Positions 51,484-62,073 are shown, counted from the first letter of the stretch. The stretch: DNA of 64,000 nt from Candidatus Eiseniibacteriota bacterium (GCA_963792585.1 CAWBWI010000006.1:832001-896000); one strand, 5' to 3'. The notes: generated by a model from the letters alone, not told the origin. Numbers and translations: made by a program.

Positions 51484-52805
51484 GCAGGCTCAGGGGCTGG
51501 CGGGTCGCGGCGATCATCGTCCTCGCCGCCGGATCGCTCCTCGCAACCAGCGCAGGGGCCTGGCGCCTGAACGGATCGAGCAGCACGGCCGCGTACGTCC
51601 AGGAGGTCGCGAAGACGGGCTTCGAGGACACGTTCGAGAACCGCACGCGCCTCTACGAACGGCTCCGCATCGATGTCATGGAGCTGGCAGATCCGAAGCT
51701 CTCCCTCCACACCTATGGGACGCTGAGCAACGATGTCACGAACCAGAGCCTTGGAGACACGAGGACGCGTCTCTACAACGCCTACCTCCAGTACCGTCCG
51801 GCTCCCGCAGGAACGGACGCCCTGCGCTATGACATCCGGTTGGGCCGCCAGTGGGTCCTCTCGGGCGTGGGTGCGGGCACGATCGACGGGCTCATGGTTT
51901 CGACCGATCGTCCGGGATGGGGCGGCCTGACGCTCTTCGGGGGCACCCTGGGAATGGACACGCGGGACCAACTCCGATTCGACGCGCCGAAGGACTCGCG
52001 TCGTTTCGGCGGCGACCTGCGCATCCTACCCCGCGTCTCGGAGGGATACGAACCCGAACTCGGCGTGAGCTTCGCGGCGACGAGCCGCAACGACGTCGAC
52101 GAGAACCAGAAGATCGGCGCGCGGGCCGCCCTTCGCGTCCGTCGGCAGCTGCGGCTATGGACCGAAGTCCGCCACGACCTCCTGCTCGATCGAACCTATG
52201 GGACGGCGGCCGGAGTCGAGTTCCTGAAGCCCGACAAGCAAATGCGCCTGTGGGCGGAGTTCAACCGCAGGACTCCTGCGTTCCCGGCGACCTCATTCTT
52301 CTCGGTCTGGGATACGAAGCCGGTCTCGGACGTCCGGGGCGGCGTCGGCATGGGAGTCGCGGGACCGGTTCGGTTGATCCTCGACTTCACGCGAACCGAC
52401 TTCCGCGCACAGACGAAGTACGTCGACGTGGGGGGCGCACAGGTCAGCCGCTCGAAGGTCGATCGCGCGACCTCCTATAGGGTCGTCCTCGAGCGCAACG
52501 CGGCGCAGATCGGAGTCCGGTTCTCCAGCGGCTTCGGCGGCGACCGGACGGGTCTGGTCGCATCCTTGAACCAGGATATCGGGGAGCGCGTGAACGTGAA
52601 CCTCGATCTCGGCTACGAAACCTACGACTACGGATCCAACGCGTACGAGGACAACACCGCGACGACCGGGATCCTCGCGCTGAGCTACAAGGCGGCCCGG
52701 AACACCCGCATCACCACACAGATCGAGGCCATGAACAACCGAGACCTCAAGCAGGACATCCGCCTGCTCGCCCGCGTCGACCAGCGCTTCCGGCTGGGAC
52801 GCTAG
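51480..52805 (+). CDS. Outer-membrane beta-barrel (porin) within the cytochrome cluster
   Basis: ATGA overlap; signal peptide; LYNAYLQY, IRLGRQ, IDG motifs; amphipathic strands; C-terminal VDQRF. Confidence 0.75.
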   Translation: MSRLRGWRVAAIIVLAAGSLLATSAGAWRLNGSSSTAAYVQEVAKTGFEDTFENRTRLYERLRIDVMELADPKLSLHTYGTLSNDVTNQSLGDTRTRLYNAYLQYRPAPAGTDALRYDIRLGRQWVLSGVGAGTIDGLMVSTDRPGWGGLTLFGGTLGMDTRDQLRFDAPKDSRRFGGDLRILPRVSEGYEPELGVSFAATSRNDVDENQKIGARAALRVRRQLRLWTEVRHDLLLDRTYGTAAGVEFLKPDKQMRLWAEFNRRTPAFPATSFFSVWDTKPVSDVRGGVGMGVAGPVRLILDFTRTDFRAQTKYVDVGGAQVSRSKVDRATSYRVVLERNAAQIGVRFSSGFGGDRTGLVASLNQDIGERVNVNLDLGYETYDYGSNAYEDNTATTGILALSYKAARNTRITTQIEAMNNRDLKQDIRLLARVDQRFRLGR

Positions 52806-52820
52806 CAAGGAGACCGAACC

Positions 52821-53855
52821 ATGAAGCGAATCGATCATCTGCGGGTGCTCCTGATCTCGCTGGGTGCGGTGACGCTCGCGATGTTCCTGACCGTCAACGG
52901 GCGCGCGGGCTGGACCTTCCCACACGCGAAGCACTCCGAGGCCTCCGGCGTCGCCTGCGCGGACTGTCACACGTCCGCCGCGCAGAGTACGTCGGGCAAG
53001 GACGACCTCCGTCCGAAGACCGACACCTGCGTCAACTGCCATACGCCCGAAGACCTCACGAACTACGGATACGTCGAACCGGGCAAGCGATCGAGCGGTT
53101 TCCCGAAGTTCTCGCACGAGCAACACCTCGCGATCGATGGGACGGACTGCGCCTACTGCCACGGCTCGCTGACCGATCTGAAGCTGGTCGGCACGGGCAA
53201 GGGGCAGATCGGCCATGCCGTCTGCTTCGAGTGCCACGACGGGACGAAGGCCCCGAACGAGTGCGAGGGTTGCCACGCCAACATCGAGAAGGTGCGGCCT
53301 CTCGATCATGCTCCGGACTATCTTCACAGCCACCAGTTCTCGGCCCGCGGTGCGGCGGAGAAGTGCGAGGAATGCCACCGTCAGAGCACGCTGTGCAGCG
53401 ATTGCCACACGGGCGACAACGTCCTCTTCAGCAGCCACGACCGGAACTTCGTATTCACGCACGCGGAAGCGGCGCGCAAGCACGAGAGCGATTGCCTCTC
53501 CTGCCACAACCAGCAGACCTGCAACGACTGTCACATGCAGGAGCGCGTGAAGCCGACGAATCACGGCTCCAACTGGACCTCGGGCACAAACCAGCACGCC
53601 ACCGAGGCCAAGCGTGACATCGGCTACTGCGCAAGCTGCCACGAGCAGGACGACCCGGTCTGCATCGTCTGCCATCGCGACGCGCGCACCGGCAAGGGGA
53701 ACGACACAAGCATCCATCCGAGCGATTTCAACGATTACGACGTCAAGGGGCCGTGGCACGACGACGATTCGTATTTCTGCTACGACTGCCACAGGAAGAG
53801 CCAGGCAACGGACGGGTTCTGCGGCTATTGCCATAGCGCGGATCGCAAGGACTGA
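52821..53855 (+). CDS. Periplasmic multiheme cytochrome c (13 CxxCH; c3/c7-like N-terminus)
   Basis: Signal peptide; FPHAKH and FSHEQH motifs; 13 CxxCH from CADCH to CGYCH. Confidence 0.9.
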   Translation: MKRIDHLRVLLISLGAVTLAMFLTVNGRAGWTFPHAKHSEASGVACADCHTSAAQSTSGKDDLRPKTDTCVNCHTPEDLTNYGYVEPGKRSSGFPKFSHEQHLAIDGTDCAYCHGSLTDLKLVGTGKGQIGHAVCFECHDGTKAPNECEGCHANIEKVRPLDHAPDYLHSHQFSARGAAEKCEECHRQSTLCSDCHTGDNVLFSSHDRNFVFTHAEAARKHESDCLSCHNQQTCNDCHMQERVKPTNHGSNWTSGTNQHATEAKRDIGYCASCHEQDDPVCIVCHRDARTGKGNDTSIHPSDFNDYDVKGPWHDDDSYFCYDCHRKSQATDGFCGYCHSADRKD

Positions 53856-53871
53856 CGGAGGACCGAACCAC

Positions 53872-55305
53872 GTGATCATCGGCGGCGTCCGCGACTTCAT
53901 CCTGAGAACGACCCGGCATCCCCTGGGCTTCGTGGGCCTGAACATCACGACGATCTCGGGCATCCTGCTCGTCGTGCTGCTGGCCGCGCAGTTGTTCGGT
54001 TTCGCGGGCAATCCCTACATAGGGATCGTCACCTTCGGAATCCTGCCGGGGTTGTTCGTTCTCGGACTTCTGGTGATGCCCATCTCTTCGTGGCTCTATC
54101 GGCGGCGGATGGCGAGGGGTGGGACCGACGCCGGTCTCTATCCGATCTACGACCTGAACAAGGTCAACATTCGCAGTCGGCTGATGTTCATCGGCGTGAT
54201 GACGGCGATCAATCTGACGATTGTCGCCGTCCTCGCCTACCGCGGTCTCGAGTTCATGGATTCGGTCAGCTTCTGCGGGCAGACGTGCCACCCGATCATG
54301 AAGCCGGAATTCACCGTCTACCAGACCTCACCCCACTCGAGGGTGCGCTGCGTGGACTGCCACATCGGACCCGGCGCCTCGTGGTTCGTCAAGAGCAAGC
54401 TTTCGGGATCGCGGCAGGTGTTCGTCCAGTTGGCGGGGACCTGGCCGAAGCCGATCAAGACGCCGGTCGACAATTTGCGGCCCTCCCGGGATACGTGCGA
54501 GGAGTGTCACTGGCCGGAGAAGTTCCACGGCGACAAGATGATGGTGAAAACACACTATCAGGAAGATGAAGCGAACACGCCGATCAAGACCGTTCTCCTG
54601 TTGAAGGTCGGGGGTGGGAATCCGGAATCGGGATTCCCGCGGGGCATCCACTCCCATATCATGAACCGCATCTACTACCGGTCGGATGAGCGGAGAGAGC
54701 TGATCCCCTACGTACGCGTCGAACGGGCCGACGGAACCTCCACTGAGTACAAGAAGGCGGGGATGGAGACCCTTCCCGATTCGATCGCTTCGAGACCTCT
54801 GCGCCTGATGGACTGCATCGACTGCCACAATCGCCCCACCCATGTTTATCGAATGCCCGCGCGAGCTCTCGACGAGGCGCTGGCGGCCGGACAGCTCCCG
54901 ACTTCGCTTCCGTTCCTGAAGCGCGAGGCACTGAAGGCGATCACGCAGACCTATCCGGACGCGGCTTCCGCCCGCGAGCAGATCACATCCTCCCTCGCGT
55001 CGTTCTACCGAACCAACTACCCCGACCTCCTCGCGTCGGATGCCGCGGGGATCGAGAAGGCCGTCTCGGGGGTGGTCGGCATCTGGTCGCAATACGTCTA
55101 CCCCGAGCTGAACATCAGCTGGGGAACTTACCCCGATCACATCGGCCACCAGGACTTCGCCGGTTGCTTCCGCTGTCACGACGAGGAGCATGTTTCGAGC
55201 GAGGGGAAGACGATTTCCCAGGACTGCTCGACGTGCCACAACCTCCTGGCGGTCGAAGAGGAGAACCCGGAGGTCCTCAAAACGCTCTTCCCCGAAGGGC
55301 AGTAG
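53872..55305 (+). CDS. NapC/NirT-family membrane-anchored multiheme cytochrome (quinol dehydrogenase-like)
   Basis: Three N-terminal TM helices; FCGQTCH (CX3CH), SPHSRVRCVDCHIGPGA, CEECH, CIDCH, CFRCH, CSTCH. Confidence 0.85.
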   Translation: MIIGGVRDFILRTTRHPLGFVGLNITTISGILLVVLLAAQLFGFAGNPYIGIVTFGILPGLFVLGLLVMPISSWLYRRRMARGGTDAGLYPIYDLNKVNIRSRLMFIGVMTAINLTIVAVLAYRGLEFMDSVSFCGQTCHPIMKPEFTVYQTSPHSRVRCVDCHIGPGASWFVKSKLSGSRQVFVQLAGTWPKPIKTPVDNLRPSRDTCEECHWPEKFHGDKMMVKTHYQEDEANTPIKTVLLLKVGGGNPESGFPRGIHSHIMNRIYYRSDERRELIPYVRVERADGTSTEYKKAGMETLPDSIASRPLRLMDCIDCHNRPTHVYRMPARALDEALAAGQLPTSLPFLKREALKAITQTYPDAASAREQITSSLASFYRTNYPDLLASDAAGIEKAVSGVVGIWSQYVYPELNISWGTYPDHIGHQDFAGCFRCHDEEHVSSEGKTISQDCSTCHNLLAVEEENPEVLKTLFPEGQ

Positions 55306-55322
55306 ATCTTACGGAGGCTCTC

Positions 55323-57293
55323 GTGCTCGCTCGCGCGCTCCTCGCCTTCATGGCGCTCCTCGCGATCAGTCCCGCGGCGTCGTTCGCCGTCACCAATGAC
55401 GAGTGCCTCGAATGCCACTCCGATCCCTCCATCCAGAAGGAGGGCGAGGGGGGCAAGACGATCCCCCTCTACGTCCCGGCGACCGAGTTCGGCAGCTCCG
55501 TCCACGCCGCATTCAACTGCGTCGACTGCCACACGGACTACAATCCGGACGGTCACCCCGGCCCGCTCGGCAAGGTCGACTGCGGCACCTGTCACGCCGA
55601 CGCGATGGCGGCCTATGCGACGAGCATCCACGGTCAAGCCGTTGCGAAGGGGATCGCCGACGCCCCGACCTGCTCCGATTGTCACGGGACGCACGGAATC
55701 ACATCGCCGTCGAATCCCGCGTCGAACGCCAATCCGCTTCGAATCGTCGGCACGTGCGCACGCTGCCATGCGAGCCCGGAGATCGTCCGGAAGTATGACA
55801 TGTCGGCGGAAGCGCCCATCGACGCTTATCTCAAGAGCGTTCACGGCCGCGCGCTCATGATCGACGGAAACGCCGACGCTCCGAACTGCAGCACCTGCCA
55901 CCCGGCGCACACGATGCTGCCCGCCCACGACCCCGCGAGCACGGTCGCGCGTGCCAATATCCCCGGGACATGCGGGCAGTGTCACGGCGATATCGTCGCC
56001 ATCTACTCCGAGAGCATCCACGGGGTGGCCGCCGCGCGCGGCGTCACCGACTCGCCGGTATGCACGGACTGCCACGGCGAGCACTCGATCCAGGAGCCGA
56101 CCAATCCGGCGTCGTCGGTATTCCCCGCGAACATCGCGAAAACGACCTGCACGCGCTGCCACAGCTCGCAGATCCTGTCGGGCCGCTACGGGTTCGACGC
56201 GACCCGGATCGAAACCTACAGGGAGACGTATCACGGGCTGGCGAGCAAGAAGGGGGCGCTCAACGTAGCCAACTGCGCCTCGTGTCACGGCGTGCACAAC
56301 ATCTTCCCGAGCGCCGACGCCCGTTCGACGGTCAACAGGGCGAGTCTCCAGAAGACCTGCGGGACCTGCCACCCGAACGCGAGCGTCGAGTTCGCGTCGA
56401 TCCAGGTCCATCCGTCGATCTCCGGACCGGGCTCCCCCGCCCAAACCGTGCAGCGGCCGCGGGACATCGCGAAGTCGATCTACATCATGCTGCTGCTCGT
56501 GGTGATCGGCGGGATGGCTGTGCACAACATCATCATCTGGGTCCATCATGTGATCGAGAAGCGCCGGCGCGAGTTGAGGAAGCCGCGGGTCCGCCGCTTC
56601 GAGCGATTCGAGGCGGTCGAGCACGTGATCCTGTTGGTGAGCTTCTTCACGCTGGTGTTCACCGGGTTCGCGCTGAAGTTCGCCGATTCGAGTTGGGTGA
56701 GGCTCACGGAGCAGATCGGAATGACCGAGGCGGTGCGCGGGATCGTCCACCGCGTGGCGGCCGTCGTCATGATCGGCATCTCGCTGGTCCACCTGGGATT
56801 CCTGCTGCTCACGCGACCGGGCAGGCGGGAGCTGGCCGCCTTGCGCCCGACGATGCGCGATGTGACCGACTTCGTCCACAACATGGCCTACAATCTGCGT
56901 CTTCGGACCGACCGGCCGACCTTCCCCCACTTCGACTACACGGAGAAGGCCGAGTACCTGGCGCTGATCTGGGGCACGATCGTGATGGTCTTCACCGGTT
57001 TCGTCCTCTGGTTTCCGACCTATTTCACGAGGATCTTGCCCGGGTGGATATTCGAGGTCTCGGAGGTCGTTCACTACTACGAAGCGTGGCTGGCCTTCCT
57101 CGCAATCGTCGTCTGGCATTTCTTCTATGTGCTGTTCGGCCCGGAGGCCTCACCGATGAGCGTCACCTGGATGGACGGGATGACGACGGTGGATCACGCG
57201 CTCCACAAGCACGGAGGTCTGCAGCCGCACCAGGAGGTCCAGTATCCGGACGGCGAGGAGCCGCCGGCGAGCGGGAAGCACCCGTCGGCCTAG
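55323..57293 (+). CDS. Multiheme cytochrome c (11 CxxCH) fused to a cytochrome b membrane domain (CbcL-like)
   Basis: GGAGG RBS then GTG; 11 CxxCH; then TM helices with EH...LVFTG, HRVAA, EKAEYLALIWG, HYYEA...WHFF. Confidence 0.88.
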   Translation: MLARALLAFMALLAISPAASFAVTNDECLECHSDPSIQKEGEGGKTIPLYVPATEFGSSVHAAFNCVDCHTDYNPDGHPGPLGKVDCGTCHADAMAAYATSIHGQAVAKGIADAPTCSDCHGTHGITSPSNPASNANPLRIVGTCARCHASPEIVRKYDMSAEAPIDAYLKSVHGRALMIDGNADAPNCSTCHPAHTMLPAHDPASTVARANIPGTCGQCHGDIVAIYSESIHGVAAARGVTDSPVCTDCHGEHSIQEPTNPASSVFPANIAKTTCTRCHSSQILSGRYGFDATRIETYRETYHGLASKKGALNVANCASCHGVHNIFPSADARSTVNRASLQKTCGTCHPNASVEFASIQVHPSISGPGSPAQTVQRPRDIAKSIYIMLLLVVIGGMAVHNIIIWVHHVIEKRRRELRKPRVRRFERFEAVEHVILLVSFFTLVFTGFALKFADSSWVRLTEQIGMTEAVRGIVHRVAAVVMIGISLVHLGFLLLTRPGRRELAALRPTMRDVTDFVHNMAYNLRLRTDRPTFPHFDYTEKAEYLALIWGTIVMVFTGFVLWFPTYFTRILPGWIFEVSEVVHYYEAWLAFLAIVVWHFFYVLFGPEASPMSVTWMDGMTTVDHALHKHGGLQPHQEVQYPDGEEPPASGKHPSA

Positions 57294-58569
57294 CGCATTC
57301 CCCCCGCGCCCGCTCGGGCGCCCTCTTCCATGCAGAGGCGGACCGGCGCCTCCCCGTAGATCCCGACCGGGAAGAGGTACGGGACGAGGCCGAGGAGAAA
57401 CTGCCGCATCTTGAGCGCCTGATGACTCGCATAGTGCTCGGTGTGGATCGTTCTGAGGTAGGTCTCGAGGGTGTAGACCTGGAGTTCGACGGGAAAGAAG
57501 TATGGCGGCGAGTCGGGCGCGTGCGGCGGCCGGTAGAGAACGTCCAGCTCGCACTTGAAGACGCGGTACCCGGCGCCGGAGTATGGGTTCAGCTCGCTGC
57601 TAAGGCTGGTTCCCGAGAGCGTGTCGGTGACGTTCTTGATCCGGAACGGCCCTCCGAACAGGTCGACGAGCACCTCCTTGAGGTGCTCGACCTCCAGCAG
57701 ATCCTCGACGATGAACATCGCGCCGATCAGATCCTTGATCTGGCGGGGATCGTTCTCGCCCTTGCGGATCATCTTGCTCACGATCGAGCCGTTGCGGCGG
57801 CGGTGGAGCCCCGACCGGATCTCGGTCGCTGCAGGGCGTAATGCGTACTGCCCCGCTGGTACTGGTACGGGATGATCTCCTTCTTGAACCGGCAGGAATA
57901 GAAGTAGACGTGCAGGCGGATCGGCCTGCCTTGATAGAGCATCTCGATCACTTGCAGGTCGAAAGCTCCAACGCTCCTGCCCTTCGCGGGTCGATCGATT
58001 GATCGAGTACTCCATCGACACACCGTCGGGGCCGATGCCGAAGAAGACGTCGAGGGTGCGGCGGTCGGCAACGTCGGTGAAGAGATGCCTCTCGAGGAGC
58101 GTTTCGAAGAACCGTTTGTGTGCCACCCCGTCCTCGACGTCCCGCGAGTGATCGACGTCGAAGAACAGCTTCGTCATGTAGAGTTTTCGCTGCGCCTCGA
58201 AGCGGATCCGGGGATCGGTGTTCATGAAGATCATCGAGAACAGCTCGAGGATGTCGGTGCACTCGCCCACCTCGGGGATCGGTTGGACGATCCCCCGGAC
58301 GTCGGCGGGGAGCAGATCCGGACGATGTCGCGGATGTATTGCGTCGCCTCGGTGAGGTAGTATCGCGCCGTCTCGAGATTGGCGGCGAGTTCGTGCGTCT
58401 CGCCGGGGGCGTGGAGCATGCGGTTCAACAGATCGTTGTACGGCGCCGTCCCCTGCAGGATGCTGAGGTACTCGCGATAGAGCATGCGAAAGGCCGCCGG
58501 GTCGCGTTCCGAAAGCGCCGGATCGAGGAGAGGATGTGCCGTGTAATCGGGCGGGGGGATCTTTCCCAT
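57290..58569 (-). CDS. RelA/SpoT-like nucleotidyltransferase-domain protein, frameshifted in this sequence
   Basis: GGAGG RBS, MGKIPPP start. C-terminal SIVSKMIRKG...IKDLIGAMFIV...SGAGYR...VELQVYT...SH. Coding segments switch frame near 58310, 57960 and 57830. Confidence 0.55.
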
Positions 58570-58628
58570 GCCTCCATGCTCCTAGGATCGTGCCGATCCG
58601 GTCCGCTACCTCGACGGTCGAGGATAAC

Positions 58629-59501
58629 ATGGACGCCATGAACACCCAAGACGCACGGCCGGTCTCTCCCGGAGCATTGATGGAGATGCTCTCCGCGGGA
58701 CCTCGAGCCGGTCCCAGGGTGATCGACCTGCGACCGCGCGCCGCATTTGAGGCCGGCCACCTGCCGGGCTCGAGCCGGCTTGGATTCGATGAGATCGAGA
58801 TCGCCTACCTGCGCCCCCCCCGATGGCGTCCGCTCATCGTTGTTGCCGATGATGCGATCCAGGCGGATGATGCGGCCCGCATGCTGCGGGGTCATGGGCA
58901 TCTGGCGCGGGGACTGTCGATCGGGATCAGCCACGTGCCGGGATCCCGTGAAGAGGGGCCCGAACACCGACCCGTCTGGGAGCCGTCTCCGCTCGTGGAG
59001 TGCTGGGTCGATCGAATCCCCGCCGGCGAGGCTTGCGACCTTGCCTGTGGATCGGGACGCGACGCGGTCTACATGGCCATGCGCGGGCACACGGTCACCG
59101 CGATCGACGTCCTTCCCGATGCTCTCGAGCAGGGGGCGCACCTTGCGGAACGCCACGGGGTGAGGGTCCGGTTCGTTTGTGACGATGTCGAGGCTCACAT
59201 GGATGGGTGGACGGGCCCGTGGAACCTGATCAACGTGCAGCGATTCCTTCATCGCGAGATGCTCCGTCCATTGAGGGAGCGGTTGACCGACGGCGGGTTC
59301 CTCCTGTACGAGACCTTCCTCGAGCAGCAGGCGCGAACCGGGAAGAAGCCGCGGAATCTGGCGTTCTTGCTGAGAAGCGGCGAGTTGCTCGAGGCGGCCG
59401 CCGGACTCGATGTTCTGCACTATCGTGAGGGAACCACCGACGCGGGCGACTCCACTGCAGCCCTCGTCGCGCGCAAAGGAGGCGAGCGTGCACCGAGATG
59501 A
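58629..59501 (+). CDS. Rhodanese-like domain plus class I SAM methyltransferase (TehB-like)
   Basis: VIDLRPRAAFEAGHLPGS; DLACGSGRDAVYMA...VTAID; RFLHR; GGFLLYETF. Confidence 0.8.
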   Translation: MDAMNTQDARPVSPGALMEMLSAGPRAGPRVIDLRPRAAFEAGHLPGSSRLGFDEIEIAYLRPPRWRPLIVVADDAIQADDAARMLRGHGHLARGLSIGISHVPGSREEGPEHRPVWEPSPLVECWVDRIPAGEACDLACGSGRDAVYMAMRGHTVTAIDVLPDALEQGAHLAERHGVRVRFVCDDVEAHMDGWTGPWNLINVQRFLHREMLRPLRERLTDGGFLLYETFLEQQARTGKKPRNLAFLLRSGELLEAAAGLDVLHYREGTTDAGDSTAALVARKGGERAPR

Positions 59502-60156
59502 TGCGCTGCCCACGTTGCCGCTGGCGGTCGATCCCGGGATCGCGACGCGGATTCGGGTCGGCTCGTTCATGCTCGACGGGGTCTCGGCCGGAGACCGGCC
59601 TACCAGTCTGGACGAGGAGTTCGCGCGTCTGGAAACGCGCTACCGGCAACTGTGGAAAGAACCGGTCGACGCTCACGATGCGCTCCATCCCGCACGCAAG
59701 CTGTACCATGCGCTCGGAATCGATCCGTCCAAGACGCGTCCCTCGTCGGAGGCGCTGCTGCGGCGGGTACTCCTCGGTAAGGGCTTGTACCGCGTGAATG
59801 CGGTCGTGGACGCGGCGAATCTCGCCTCGCTCTCCTTGTTGCTGCCGGTCGGCCTCTATGACCTGGACAAGATCTCCCCGCCCGTGACCCTGCGATTCGG
59901 GGCCGAGGAGGAGTCGTACGAGGGAATCCGAAAGGACCAGGTCCACCTGGGGCACCGGCCGACGCTGGTCGATGCGGGGGGTCCGTTCGGCAATCCCACG
60001 TCGGATTCGTTGCGCACGTCGGTGACGGACGCGACGCGGTCGGTCTGGTTCGTTCTCTTCGCTCCCTCGGATCATCCGGAACCGGCTATGCGGGATGAGC
60101 TGCGCAGAGCGCACGATATTCTGAAGCGACACGCTTGCGTCGCGGAAGGAGGGTGA
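59488..60156 (+). CDS. B3/B4 domain protein (PheT-like tRNA editing domain)
   Basis: LGIDPSKTRPSSEALLRR, VNAVVDAANLASL, GLYDLDKI, GPFGNPTSDS. Confidence 0.88.
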   Translation: MHRDDALPTLPLAVDPGIATRIRVGSFMLDGVSAGDRPTSLDEEFARLETRYRQLWKEPVDAHDALHPARKLYHALGIDPSKTRPSSEALLRRVLLGKGLYRVNAVVDAANLASLSLLLPVGLYDLDKISPPVTLRFGAEEESYEGIRKDQVHLGHRPTLVDAGGPFGNPTSDSLRTSVTDATRSVWFVLFAPSDHPEPAMRDELRRAHDILKRHACVAEGG

Positions 60157-60158
60157 GC

Positions 60159-60926
60159 ATGACCGACTCGGGCGATGCCGGTGGGGGGCGTGATCGGGGC
60201 GGTAGGGGCGACTCCGGGGGCAGGAACGATCCGAGCGGTAGGGGCGATCGGGCGATGATCGGAACCCTGGCAATCATCTGCCTGCTGATCGGGAACGTGA
60301 TCCTCGGCTCCTCCTGCGCCACAACGAAGCCGCGGCAGGCCGCCGGCGTGGAGGCGACTTTACGGGGGGAGTTCCCCGGGGCGGTCCTCGCGGTCGATGT
60401 CGAGGCTGGAAGGGTGCGGGTCGTTTCCTCCGCTTGGGATCAGATGGACGGGAAGGCCCAGTACACGTTCAAGAGAACGTGCGCCGAACGGATTGCGAGG
60501 GCCGGCGGGCCCGAGGACACCGTATTCCTCGTCAACGGCGAGGAAGTCGCCGTGTCCCACGGCGGATCGACTTCCGCCGAACCCGCGTTGTCCGGATCCC
60601 GGGCGGAGCCCGGGACCCGTCGGGCGGATGTGGAGCGGGCGGACGGCCGCTCGACTCCGGTAGAGGTCATGCCGGTCCTCCTCTCCCTTCCACCACCAGT
60701 CTATCCGGCGGAAGCCCGGAAGATGGGAACGGAGGGGCTCGTCCTCGTCCGGGCCCTTATCGGCAAGGACGGGCGCGTCGAGGAGGTCCGCATCTTCCAT
60801 GGCGTGACGGGCCTCGATGAGGCGGCCATGGAGAGTGTTCGGCGGGCCCGGTTCGAACCGGCCCTGGAACGGGGCGAACCGGTCCGGGTCTGGGTCCAGG
60901 TCCCGATCAGGTTCACGCTCGACTGA
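60159..60926 (+). CDS. TonB C-terminal domain protein (energy transducer TonB-like)
   Basis: TM segment; PVYPAEARKMGTEGLVLVRALIGKDGRV...LDEAA...FEPA...PIRFTL. The start could instead be ATG 60255. Confidence 0.8.
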   Translation: MTDSGDAGGGRDRGGRGDSGGRNDPSGRGDRAMIGTLAIICLLIGNVILGSSCATTKPRQAAGVEATLRGEFPGAVLAVDVEAGRVRVVSSAWDQMDGKAQYTFKRTCAERIARAGGPEDTVFLVNGEEVAVSHGGSTSAEPALSGSRAEPGTRRADVERADGRSTPVEVMPVLLSLPPPVYPAEARKMGTEGLVLVRALIGKDGRVEEVRIFHGVTGLDEAAMESVRRARFEPALERGEPVRVWVQVPIRFTLD

Positions 60927-60931
60927 CCGGC

Positions 60932-62059
60932 TCAGTCCAACCGCACCAGCTCGAAGGGTAGACGTCCGGTCGGGACCGGTTGCGCGATTCCTGAGATCAC
61001 GCGGCCGGTCAGCGCATCGAAGATGCGCAGACCCGGCGTCGTATAGGTCCGATCACACACGATCAGGTACCCGCATGCAGTGACCGCGAGGTCCGCGAGA
61101 TCGTAACCGGTGGACGTGTGGATCGGCTCGATCCGCGCCCCCGTTCTCACGTCGAAGGCGACCAGCACGGTGATCGAGGAGAGGTTGGCGATGGTCGCGT
61201 AACCGCGATCGTTCGGTCCGAGCGCGAAGTCGATCAGGTCCCCGCCGAGATCCTCCTCGCGGGTGAGCCAGCCGGTGGAACGGCGCGTCCCGAGATCGAT
61301 TTTCTCCACGCCTCCATCCAGCGCGCCATACGTGCCCACCTCGGGGATCAAGAGGACCGACGAGGTCCCGTCCCAGATCATCGGCGCCGAGGGGTTCAGA
61401 CCCTCCAGCGGGATTGCCTGGACCCCGGGGGTCACAGCATCGACGTCCACGATCGCGTTCGTGCGCGTGTCCAGCACGACCAGATACGAGGGGGCGATCG
61501 GCAGGTAGGTCGCGCCGCCGAAGTCGATTCGATCGACCGTGATGTAGAGATAGGGAGCCTGGTAGAAGAGACGGTCCATGTCGGGAACGCTGTCGGCGTC
61601 GGCGAAGCGACGAAGCGAGATCGTGTCGCGTGGCGCGCCCGTGCGGGGGTCGACCTCGAGGAGCCCGTCGGAGCCGTTCCGACTCACGTAGGCGCGGTCG
61701 GGCGCGATCAGCGCGATGTCGTGCGGATTGGATCCCGCCCCCACGGAGAACTGCCGGATCGTCGCATATCCGTGTGCAGGGTCGATCACTTGTACATTGT
61801 CGGCGCCGGTGCGGTTGATCACATAGACGAGACCGTCATGGACCCGGGCGACGGCATCCGGATGAATCGAAGCAAGGTCCTGTCGCACCGTGCCGGTCGA
61901 GTCCGCGGAGACCTCGGAGAGCCCTCCACTAGCGTAGTCGGTCGTGACAACGACGTATGACCCGCACTCGGGCGGCAGATGGTCGCCCGGCTTCGTCGCA
62001 TCGTCCTCACAGCCGACGACGGCAAGGGCGAGGAACAGGGCAAAGATCGGCTGGCGCAT
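60932..62059 (-). CDS. YncE-like beta-propeller lipoprotein associated with the TonB-dependent receptor
   Basis: Lipobox VVGC; VYVINR, GSNPHDIA, RAYVS repeats. Confidence 0.75.
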   Translation of the reverse strand: MRQPIFALFLALAVVGCEDDATKPGDHLPPECGSYVVVTTDYASGGLSEVSADSTGTVRQDLASIHPDAVARVHDGLVYVINRTGADNVQVIDPAHGYATIRQFSVGAGSNPHDIALIAPDRAYVSRNGSDGLLEVDPRTGAPRDTISLRRFADADSVPDMDRLFYQAPYLYITVDRIDFGGATYLPIAPSYLVVLDTRTNAIVDVDAVTPGVQAIPLEGLNPSAPMIWDGTSSVLLIPEVGTYGALDGGVEKIDLGTRRSTGWLTREEDLGGDLIDFALGPNDRGYATIANLSSITVLVAFDVRTGARIEPIHTSTGYDLADLAVTACGYLIVCDRTYTTPGLRIFDALTGRVISGIAQPVPTGRLPFELVRLD

Positions 62060-62073
62060 CGGTCGGTCCCCTT

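Noticed and set aside
60178..60252. Four degenerate 18-bp repeats encoding GGRxD-like units
   Set aside because: Low-complexity N-terminal or upstream sequence of the TonB gene; no spacers, so not CRISPR.
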